Assembly: GCF_000281045.1 (NCBI RefSeq)
Contig: NW_008246074.1
Coordinates: 195,211 to 235,415, forward strand
Direction of reading: 5' to 3'
Origin: Saprolegnia diclina VS20
Lineage: Eukaryota
Length of the DNA: 40,205 nucleotides
The notes below the pieces were generated by a model that saw nothing but the letters and a program-made list of their open reading frames with translations, made no database searches and was not told the origin of the DNA. How positions within the stretch are numbered: position 1 is the first letter of the stretch; every line of letters starts with the position of its first letter. Both the position numbers and the translations under genes were made by a program. Below, piece after piece: positions 1-10,491 of the stretch.

Positions 1-2485
1 ATGTGCCCCGAGAGGTCGGGGGGTAAATCCAAGCCCAAAAACGTCTGAAAAGCCGCAATGTGTTCGGCGTGCGAGAGGCGCTGTACCGGCAGCATCGTGC
101 GCCGGTGCGTGCCCGACAAACGCATGACCGAGAGCACAGAGAGAGGAGGTTTGCCCACCGATAATGGCACGTCGACGGGACTCGATGCACTCACTTCTGC
201 GCTTTTTTCGAGTACGGGAGCAACGTTTTTGCAGCTCGTGTCGAGCGCTGCGACCGAAGGGCCGACGTCGTTGGGACTAAAGCGGGTGCTGCCGGCGCGG
301 TCGATGGGTGGCACACACGTTTCCATCGAGTGGGGCACGACTGCGTTGCGCCGGCCGAGCGAGAGTTTGGTACTCACTTGTTCGCGTGTGCTCACCGAAC
401 TGCGCTTGGTGCTGGCTTTTGAGAGGGTTTTCTTGGGCGGAAGCGGCGCCACAAGGCTTGTGCGGTGCGTCAAGCGGCGAAATTGATTGCTAAACGCTCG
501 AAAATTCCACGCTTGCACAATCTTGTCGAAATGCGGTAGTATTGCCTCGTACCTAGACACGCTTGTGAGGCATATCGTCATGAAAACCGAGTCGGATCGA
601 CCGCTGGAGCGTCGTGAGCGTAATGTCTTCGACCCGGGTTTGAACCGACGACGAGGTTGCAAGCACAAAGATCGACCACGTCCAGCGCACGTGCGCGGAC
701 GCAGGAAAGAGCCGATGTGCGTCGCCATCAAAGATGCCAATCGGTAGCATGTCAAACTCGTTGAAACAAATGTACGTCCAGGCCGTAAAGTTGATGAGGC
801 GGTCGAGAAATTTGGGAATCCCACATTCGTAAATCCGGTGGCGTGCGCCCGACGTAAAGTCGTCAGCCCACGTCCCTTTGCTACACGACCAATTTCGTCT
901 TTTCGGTAGGTGGTTAGGTCGTCATCGAGTGTACCTGGCCCGCGCAAGGCGCGGAGATGGAAACAAAAGGCTCGAAATAACACCTAGAATGCCGGGCACC
1001 AAACAGGCTTTGGCCAAGAGACCGAGCTTGAGTTGGTCAATGCACACGACATTGGTTGCGCCGGATAGCATGACGTGATCTAAATAGTCGGTGCCCACGA
1101 CTTGGGCAAACACAGGCACTAGACACAAGTCACACCTACCCCTCGCAAGGTCGACTACCGTCCTTGTTGCAGTGCCGCAGCGAAATCGTGAAAAAATTGG
1201 TGGCCGTATCGTCCAAAGGCGTGCGCGTCAAAATGTAGCAAGCGCTCGCGACCAAAATACTGGCCCGGTGCAAATCGGCTTGGAGCATCGGCGAGCCCGA
1301 GAGGTACACGACGCGCGGCTCGTACTTGGGATGCAAAAGGAGGCGCTGCAGCCCGCGCGACGGCGGACCCGGTGCGAGCACCACAACTGTTGTATTCCAC
1401 GTCATCGGGTTGGCGCAGAAAAACGTGTGGAGGAAGAACTCGAGCGCGCTCGGGGCGACGTCACCGACGACAAGGACGTGGGCATTTGCTTGCGGAATTG
1501 CTCGGTACGCGCGGTCGTAGGCCGAGACGCGGTTGAGCACGTCGCTGAGGCGTGAGATTTGGAGTGGGAGCCACGCCCCACTGACGCCGATCAAGAGAAC
1601 CACGAGCGCCTTCCCCGCCGTACTGTGTGGTGCAATGTCACCATACCTACGCATTCAATTGATTCGGGGATTTATTCGTTTGAGAATCAAATGTACCCGA
1701 GGGTCGAAATCGTTATGACAATGAAGTACATGGACGTGTAGATCTCGAGCACTTGGCACTGCATTTGCCGCGGCTGCTTGTTCGATCGCGTACGTTCACA
1801 CGTCCCGAACTCCGTGCACGGACACGCTTCGACCGCCTATACTCGGGCGTGAGCAGGATCGATTTATAGACCATGGAAGTACTTGAAAGAGACTGCCAAA
1901 GATGACAATAATGGAGATGACGCCGAGCGCCAAGGTGCAGATTTGCCGCCACTTGGCGCTGCGAATGAGCCCAAGCGCGCGAAACGTGCAAACACATCGC
2001 AGTGGGCGCAGGCTCTTGAGGCTCAGAACGAGCGTATGGTGCGTTGCGTCGTCCACGACCAAGTCGACGAGCTCGGGCAAGATCGTCGCAAATTCAACGA
2101 GCGGCAAGAACGTCAAGGCGTAGCGCACGCGCTGGTCGGCTGCGTAGAGTCTACGCAATTCTACTGTCAATATTACGACGCCAAGAAAGAAGCGACCGAA
2201 GGCTGTAGTCGGCCGCGTAGAGCGTGCCCATGGCCAAGTGCAGGTACTCGAGCCACATAGCGTCCTTGGTCGTGGCCCAGACGAGCCAATTTTTGACAAT
2301 GTACAAAAAGACCGCGACCGCCCTAGGCAATGTGAGGCGGGGTAGCACGGCCTTTCGTACGCCAAGGCAAAGTGGAGGACGCTCAGAATGTCGGACGCGA
2401 GCGAGTGGGTGAGGTTGCGCACGACCCACTTACGCCGCGACTCGCCCGGCATGCGCCGCTGCAGGAGCGGGTGGTGGGGAGCCAT
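1..2485 (-). CDS. Slo/BK-family (RCK-domain) potassium channel, copy 1; multi-exon, 3' end beyond the left edge of the window
   Basis: Starts MAPHHPLLQRRMPGESRRKWVVRNL. S4-like LKSLRPLRCVCTFRALGL. The pore helix and filter splice as YFIVITISTLG|YGDIAPHSTAGK. RCK1 segments are HVLVVGD, VYLSGSP and VVCIDQLKLGLLAKACLVPG. The minus strand at 1-60 reads IAAFQTFLGLDLPPDLSGHI, matching the RCK2 start of copy 2 (AYGAFLATAVPETMRGHVVLCG). Confidence 0.9.
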
Positions 2486-3081
2486 GGCAGCCCCGGTGTG
2501 TATAAAGCGCTAATTTAGTCGTACGTCAGTTAGCACTAGGACCAATTTAGAGTTTCGACTACCATTACATGATCTTTTTCAAACAGATACAATGTCATTT
2601 TTACAGAGGTTCGACCCCGCTTGAAGTTTAGCTCCAAGTCGTCGTAGCGATCACGTCTGCTGCTCTACCCGACCACGGCCCACATCCTCGCCGCCAAAAA
2701 AGATCAGACTCACAACCTCGCCATCGAGGACCCTGGGCAGCCGGATCATCACTGGCATCCACGGCTTTCTAGCCTACACGAGCGTCGAAAATGTGTTCCA
2801 TAGATCACGCTCGCAGGTCGACCAGCTCCATTCCTCGACCAAGATGCGAAGTCTTTGTGTCATAATGAAGATAACGCGGAACACGTTCATATATATATAT
2901 AAAAGATGCTTCACACAAAAGACAGGCCAATGGCATCATTGCATCTTGTACAATCGATATTTGGTTAAAGAAGAAATTGTGATTGCAGTTGATTGCTGAA
3001 CAATGCCTACAATCGATCTTTGCCCACTGTAGAGGCACCTACACCTAACTCTATAACTATCTACAAGAACAATTCTCTCAC

Positions 3082-6000
3082 TCATCGCACAATAAACAAA
3101 CGGTCGTGGGGGGCGAGGAGCGTGTCGGGGGCGGGGTTGACAAAAGTAAAATGCGCCACCGACGTCCTCGCGCGAAACACCCCGAGACACAGCGTATCCT
3201 ACACGGCAAATTGGAATCTGACAAATACGGGACAAGTACAAACCTCGTGCAGCAGAAGCGCTTCAAAGCACGCCGCATACGACTGACCAAGAAGCGCTGC
3301 TGGCACCGGCACTTGGCGCAGTGCCCGCGGCCGCTCGGTATCGTCCGCCTCCCCAAACACAAGGAGGTGAAGGAAATCGATGCCGCTGCCTGTCTTTTTG
3401 CAGCTGCCAAGGAGCGCGTCAAGCGCGTTCGAGACGACAATATGGCCTAACCCCCCGACATTGAAGTCCAACGACAACACAGAGTGGCGTCGTACCGCCA
3501 GCAAACAGCGGGTGGCAAATGCTGTCGAGCACTTCATTCGATCGCTGCGTGCCATTCGTCGTGCCCATGTCTTCATCGTGCAAGGTCTTGAGGAACCGAA
3601 CACTGCTCGGTCGACTCTAATATGGACGATTCAAGTCCATATCAATCGTTTATGCGATAAAAGAACCAGTTCAATGACAATCGACGGGCGGGGCGCGTCG
3701 ACATCGAGCGACGTCTCACAAACTTCGGTGACGAACCGATGCAGTGTGATTGCGTCCGTGTCGGGCATATTGTGGTCAATCACGTCATTCGAGTCGAGCT
3801 CCGACTCGAAAACGTCGTCGTCGTCGACGTGCGGCGGCGTTTGCGCGCAGCTTGCCAAGATGACGATGCTTTTGCTGGTCGTAACGCACGCCGCTGCGAG
3901 CGTCTTGGCCGAGAGCGGCGAGCCGCAGATATAATACACTTGGTCGCGGCGACCGAGCCGGGCAAACATAGCCTCGGTGAGCGGCGCGCTGCTCACGACA
4001 ACGATCGGAAGCACAGCACCATGCGACGCGTTGCGCAATGGCAAGATAAAGTCTTGAAGGGACGTTGGAAGGCCGCAGAGTACAACGTGCCCACGCATGG
4101 TCTCGGGCACAGCAGTGGCGAGAAACGCACCGTAGGCATCGATGGCCGCCGCCGGGTAGCTGCGATCACGCAAGAGCGCGGCGGCAAAGAGGGGCCCTTC
4201 GCCGTCTTCGACCGACGACGGCAGGACGAGGCGAGGGATGCGCGCCGGTGGTTTCTCCTCATTCACTGGCAGCGTCGGCTCGGTCGCCAAGAGGCCAGCA
4301 TCGCTCACAAAAGAGTCGACGCGTGAGAGGCCGTGGTCGATACCGTCGGCCAATGCATTTTTCACCGACCGCGCGACGATCGGCAGCGAGCTATGGCGGT
4401 GCGACTGGAGCGACGTCGTAGTCGTGATTGACGTGCGGGCAGACAAGAGTCCGCCCTTGGCATTCGCGAGCTTGGTCGTAAACGTGAGAAAATTCCACGC
4501 TTGGGACACGTCGTCAAACGTAGGTAAGAGCGCCTTGTGCCTAGAACCACATACGAGTCGGTGCAAGGAGAAAGCGCTGGAGCATACTTTTGGAGCATGG
4601 CCAGTGTAATACCGCGCACGTGCTGGCGACATTGCGGCGTCGTTGCGAGCACGAAGAGCGTGTGGCTTGTCCGCAGTCGCTCCGACGATGGGAAGAGTCG
4701 GTACCCGTCGTCCGCATCGTAGAGACCCACCAGCACGATGCGCAGCTCCTGGAAGAGGAGGAAGGCAAAGAACGCAAAGGAGACGTTGCCCTCGAGGAAC
4801 GTTGGCAGCATCACGTCATAAATGTTGTGGCTCGCCCCGCCGAGGTACTCGGTCACCCACCGAGGGTGCCTACATATGTTGTACGTTTGCGATAATCCCA
4901 TATATAAAATGCCAAGCGCGTACCCTGTCTTCTCGAGACGCGTGGGGCTCGTAATACTGAACAGAATCGACGTCAAGAGCGCGGGAAGGCCGGGGATCAA
5001 GCACGATTTTGCCAAAATACCCATGACCAATTGGTCAATGCACAGAATATTGCTCGCGCCCGAGAGCGAAATGTGGCCAATATTGTCCGTCTTGCCGACT
5101 TGAACAAACAGTGGAACTAGATACCACGCAAATCAGGTTGACTTTTTTCGTTTCACAGAGATGTACCGTGCTTGTTAAAGTGTCGCAGTGAAATCGTAAT
5201 GAAATTTGCAGCCGTGTCGGCCGTGTCGCTGTCCAGCGCGCGTTTGTCGACCATGACGTAGCACGCTTTGGCCGCAGCCGCTTTGGCCCGCAGCAAATCC
5301 GTGCGGGACATGGCCGAGCCTTGAAGGTACTTGACGCGCTGCTCGTACGCCGGGTCCAGTAGCACGCGCTTGAGGTTGTGCGACGGCAAGGACGGACTCA
5401 GGATCACGACCTTGTCCTTCCAGTTCAAATTGCGCGGGTTGAGATATTCGCGCAAGAAGAAATCAAGGGCGGACGCTGTCACGTCCCCACAGAGCACAAC
5501 GTGCGGGTGCTTTTCGGTTCGCCCTGTAAACGCATTGTCGTACTCGGTCTACGAAAAATTGATAAAATGATACATTTTTTGCCGAGCGTCGTACTTCGCG
5601 GCTCACAACGTCGCTGAGTTTGCTAATTTGCATGGGCAGCACGACGCTCGATGCGATAATGAGCAGCGTCACGCTCACCCGCCCGAGCTGCGACTTGGGC
5701 GCAATGTCGCCATACCTAGTCAATGCCTTCTGCGATATGTCAATGCGACGAGCAACGCACCCGAGCGTCGCTATCGTGATGACGACAAAGTACATGGCGT
5801 TGTAGATCGAGAGGTCTTGGCAGCGCCCCGACGTGGTGTTTTTCTGCAGCACCGTGCACCGGCTCGGGTCCGGTACGTTCGACTTGCACGGACACGCTTC
5901 TATGGCCTACAACATATATATAAATGTTGCAACATTGATACATTGATCCTTTGAGAGTTGTACCTGGCCAATCGCGCCAAAGCAAATGATGATGGCGACG

Positions 6001-6631
6001 ACACCAAAGAAGAGCGTGCCCATCTCGCGCTGTTTGGCCGTCCGGGCAAACGAGAGAAGCCGAAAGCAACGGAGACACCGGAATGGCATGAGGCTCTTGA
6101 GCGCCGCGTAGTACGTGTGGCTTGCCTCGTAGGTGGCCGGCGAGATCACCACGTCGATGAACTGCGGATAAATCGTAACAAAGTCGGCGAGCGCGACCGG
6201 ATCGACGAAGAAGGCGACGCGGTCGTCGGCTGCATACAAACTAGTATCATGATGCATGATATTGTAGTGTCCTGACAAATAACAAATAACATACCAGAGC
6301 GCATAGTCGAAGGCAAATAGGACGCCCATAAAGGCGTGGGCGAGGCCGAGCTCGGCGCTGTCGACGCTGGTGTTCCACATGGACCAGTTCTTATCGGTAT
6401 ACAAGAGCGTCACAATGAGCCTAGATTGGTATCAGCTACATTGGCGAGAGGGAATAGTAAATACCCCATGCCCACTTGCACGATATCGAGGATCGACGAG
6501 AGGAGCGAGTTGTCCATGTTGCGCGCGACCCAGCGCCGGAACGTCTCGCCGCGCATGCGTGGCTTGATGAGCTTGCTCCGCACGCGTAGGTACACGACGT
6601 AGAGCCCGAAGCCCCGTCGCCGCCGCACCAT
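3082..6631 (-). CDS. Slo/BK-family (RCK-domain) potassium channel, copy 2; multi-exon, complete
   Basis: Starts MVRRRRGFGLYVVYLR. S4-like LKSLMPFRCLRCFRLLSF; pore YFVVITIATLG|YGDIAPKS; RCK1 HVVLCGD, YLQGSAM and GILAKSCLIPG; RCK2 HVVLCG, YYICGSPL, IVIELV and HPLFAGG. The last exon DTLCLGVFR...FTFVNPAPDTLLAPHDRLFIVR ends at TGA (3082-3084). Confidence 0.92.
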
Positions 6632-7133
6632 GACGCTGACGTTCGTTCGGGCGGTTCGAGGCTAAATACGGCGAAACACAGCATCGGTTGTCGTCCCGCA
6701 AGCGCTGTAACGTGTCATTTTATCGCCAAGACAAACAAATCGATGTGCAATTCCGCATACGTCTTCGGTCGCTTCTGACTTGTGGCAGCTAGCACAAGGT
6801 TTCGCAACAAGCCGATGTCAAGCTGAATAACTTAGTGAGCAAGTCGTCACAGATAAGGGGCATCCTCGGCCATGCTCCACGTCGGTCGTCCAGAAGACAA
6901 AGACACTCACTGTCTCTAGCGTAGGAAGACATCGTTTTATGGCACCCTTGGCTTGCGCAGCGTCGATGATCAACGGAGTTTGGATAAAGAAGGACCGTCA
7001 AAAACAAAATCACATGAAACTCCTACACTCTACTAGTATTTTGGTGGTAACTTGGCTACACTGGAGCCTGCAAAGGGAGAGATGCTGGGGTTGAGGCGTC
7101 TACTACTAGTATAAATCCCTCGAGAGGGACTCT

Positions 7134-8974
7134 TCACGACGTCGTAGCTGTCGCGTCGGGGAAATAGAGACAGCAAAAATCTGACTTGCCGAGCGCGAGC
7201 AAATGCCGGCCGTCCGTCGGGTGCCACCGAAGGCTCAAGATGGCCAATGCCTCTGCAGAGAGAGCGGTCCCATCAGTGTGCGCACATTCAACTGCCGAGT
7301 GGCTTACCGTCGGCGACTTCGATCCTACCAAAAAGGTCATTTAAATAAAAGAAAAACAAATATCTACCACGTCACGCCGGCCGACGACCAGAGACAGACC
7401 TACAGCACACCATCGCTTCTATGTATACCCTGCTTGTGCACGAGTACGTACGCGGTTGTTGGCGCAGGCGAATGCAAGCGTGCACGCATTCGGGCTCCAT
7501 CGAAAGGTCTTGACCGGTTTGGTCAACACTATTACCATCAAATCCAGAATCGAATTCTGGCATCGACGTCCATTTGGTACCGAGGACGGTGTGGAGCTCC
7601 ATCGTCTGCGTCGTCCAGATCCAAATGTGGTGCGGCATATTGTCATTTCGCGTCGCAAGCAGCGTTGCATCATGGCTCCAGGTCATGGCACCAACGCCCA
7701 GCCGCGGCGACTCTTTCCTACATCCAGTCAACGTCCCAGCCGCCAAACCAGACGCGCTTCCATACAGTGGGTCAGGCTGCACGGTCGTGACGACATGGGG
7801 CAGTGCTGCGGCTTGGAACACGAGGGACTTGCTCGCTCGTCCTGGGGCTACCTCTTCGTACACCATCACCTAGCCCCATATTCGATCATATCCTTGTCTT
7901 CGCGTATCCTGTCGACGGTATATCAGGTTACCGGGTCGGATCGGGCGCGCGACGCAGCAATACTGCTCGGGTGCTCAAGCTCGGCCACGGGCTTGTAGTG
8001 CATGTGACTGAGAATGCGCACGCGCTCGTCGTAGCTCCCAACAGCGAGGAACTGCCCCGTGGGGGACCACGCTAGACTCTTGACGCCGAGTGCGTGCTGG
8101 TACGCCTGCAGATGCCATATTTGTCTCGATCGCCGTCGGAGTCGCCAGGAAGTACCTCGTACGACTGGAGAAGCGACCCGTCCGGAGCGTAAAACAGCAG
8201 TCGGTACTCGAGGAACGTATCCCGAATGCAAATCGCGCGGCCGTCCGAGGTCCACTGCACCTCGACCAGGTCGTAGCTCGCCACATCGAAATGCGACACC
8301 ATCTCCCACGACCCAACGTTGTAGATGCCCAGCATGTCCTACCATCCTTTAGCCACGCGTCGCCGCTGGAGAGGACCTGTTGTACCTTGCAGTCGGCGCG
8401 CTCGGCCACGGCCAAGTACGCGCCATCGGGTGAGAAGGTCAGGCCGTCGGTCCCGAGCTTGGGCTGGCGAATCACATACTTGGACGCATCAACGAGCGAC
8501 CAGACAGTTGCGTGGATGCGAAAGTCGGAAATCTACTGCCAAGGTCCGTAGGAGCAGCGTGGGGAGGCGTCGCACCGTGATGATGTGGCGTGTGTCGGGC
8601 GTCCACTTGGCGCCAATGAGCCCGCAGATCCCTTCGGCGATCTTGCCTAAGCATGGCCGCAATGAGGCGACGCCATAGGTGCGCAATGTACACTGCCACG
8701 TCGGGTCGGTCACGGAGAAGACTTGGACGAGCGCGCGTTTGTACATGGCGCAGAGCACGAGGTGCAGGCCATCGGACGAGTCGGACGGCGCCCACTGCAC
8801 GCTCGAGATGAGGTCGACGCACGTGTAGACCTGGACGACGGCCATGTTGAGCGTCGCGTCGCGGATGCTGAGCCGCGTGTCCTTGGCGATACCGAGGTAC
8901 CGCCCGCAGCTGCTCCAGCTCAGGAGGCCCGCGCTGTGCGGCAGGAGCTGGCTCACGTTCGTGCTGCTCGCCAT
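7134..8974 (-). CDS. WRAP73: WD40-repeat protein WRAP73/WDR8 homolog (centriole/basal-body associated); multi-exon
   Basis: The spliced protein contains LCAMYKRALVQVFSVTDPTWQC, KWTPDTRHIIT, FSPDGAYLAVAERADCK, LGVKSLAWSPTGQFLAVGSYDERVRIL and LATRNDNMPHHIWIW, which I recognise as characteristic of WRAP73. ATG at 8974; the last exon ends ...DFCCLYFPDATATTS*. Confidence 0.88.
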
Positions 8975-9046
8975 GGTCTTGGTGCAAAAAAGCCTAATTA
9001 GGATTTGGGCCATATGGGATGGACGATTGGTATCCGGATTTTGAAC
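8975..9046. promoter_or_regulatory. 72-bp candidate bidirectional promoter between WRAP73 and the hypothetical gene
   Basis: Divergent ATGs at 8974 (-) and 9047 (+). The spacer contains the palindromes CCTAATTAGG (8993-9002) and ATCCGGAT (9032-9039) and a reverse CCAAT (GATTGG, 9025-9030). Confidence 0.5.
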
Positions 9047-9942
9047 ATGAAGCGGCGGATCGACCTGCGCTGGCTCGGGCGCACCAGCAGGCTCGTGTGG
9101 TACGATGGCACCTCCGATCGCATGGTCGAGGCCAGCGCCAAGACGGTCTTGGGTCTACCTGCCGAGACGCGAATCCTCCTGCGCGACGGCGACGGCGACC
9201 ACGTGCCGGTCGCTGGCTGCCTCCCGCCCGGCACCTACGACGTGATCGTGTTTGACGGCGCACCGCCGCTGCCCACCGACGAACCGCTGCCTGTAAACAC
9301 GATCGCCCTTCCGGACGACGCGGTTGCGGTGGCGCCGCCCATGCTGCCGCTCTACCGCACCGTTTTGGGCCACAAGCGTCAGCGCACAGCTTCGGTCTCG
9401 ACGATCATCGGCCACTTTATCGAGGTCTTCACGGTATGCACCCTATAGCGCACGCATTTGATGACCCTGCGCGTAGGTGCCAATCGCCGCCAATGACGTG
9501 GTCAACTTCGTGCCCAACCATGGACCGTTTGCCCTTCATAGCCTGTGAAGACTGCACTTTTATCGCACCAAAATACTGACGGACCTGTAGGTACGCGGCG
9601 CTCGTGGCGTCCGAGTACGACCCGCCGGACGCGACGTCGTTTTACAAAATCGCGTCGTCGGCCGTCGTCCTCGATCGACAGCGTGCGATCCGGTACTATG
9701 CGATCCCGCCCTCGGACGTGGTGCAGCTGCCACCGGCTGGAAAAGGACCGATCTTGCGCGCGTACTTAAAGACGTCACGCCTGCACGCGCTGCCAGCCGA
9801 GACCAGACGGCGTCTACTCGGGCTCGCCGAGGTGCTCAAACAGTCGCCCGACGATCTTCTCGCGGCATACCACCGCTTTCTCATGCAGTTTACGCCCATT
9901 TCCAAGGCGCAATTCACCAAACACCAGCAACGCACGTCATGA
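9047..9942 (+). CDS. Hypothetical protein, 3 exons
   Basis: MKRRIDLRWLGRTSRLVWYDG... Two short GT-AG introns (about 9434-9476 and 9545-9590) join ORFs 9005..9448 and 9604..9942 in frame (VFT|VPIAAND...HSL|YAALVASEY). No family recognised. Confidence 0.65.
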
Positions 9943-10491
9943 CAATGCAGCGTGCCAACGGTGCGGAAGAAGAGCCAAGTAGTTTTCCATCACTTATCCG
10001 GATGTCGTCCCTCAAAAAAAGCGAAGTTCATGGCGTCGGTTGGATCCGCATTTTCATTTGCTCGTTGAGCTAACATGTGGTGCTAGCTCACTGGCAAGTA
10101 GAGACCGTTGGGTCGAGAGAGCCACGCCAACGAGGCTTTACATCTGCACTTGCCTTCTAGATTCTCTTCGCCAGCGACGTGGAGGACCGTGACGACAGGC
10201 TACATTCGACGCCTCTTGACACCACTTGTAGCCCAAACAGTCGGCTGTCAACGAGATGCGTCGTTCAACCCGACTCCGTCACGTTGTCTTTGACACAGTT
10301 GTATCGCATTGGCCAATGGTCGACACTGCATCGATCGTCGTCGACGCGCAACGTTCGCAGCTACTGCACGGGTCATACACGCTGCCACGTCATGGATGGC
10401 CTGTCTACGAAAATCCTGTATCCAGGAAGCAGACACTGGAACGAAAAAACGCGTGTCGCGCCACAACCGACAAGAAACCGCAGTGTAACCA

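Noticed and set aside
2560..3000. Coding-looking patch between the two channel genes
   Set aside because: No sustained ORF or recognisable motif; it could be a decayed fragment but I cannot support that.
3106..3450. Basic 114-aa + strand ORF (HRRPRAKHPE...)
   Set aside because: It is the antisense shadow of the last exons of K+ channel copy 2, which carry clear RCK2 C-terminal motifs.
9943..10491. Short ORFs upstream of the Tudor/ARM-like gene
   Set aside because: No coherent exon chain or motif; treated as intergenic.
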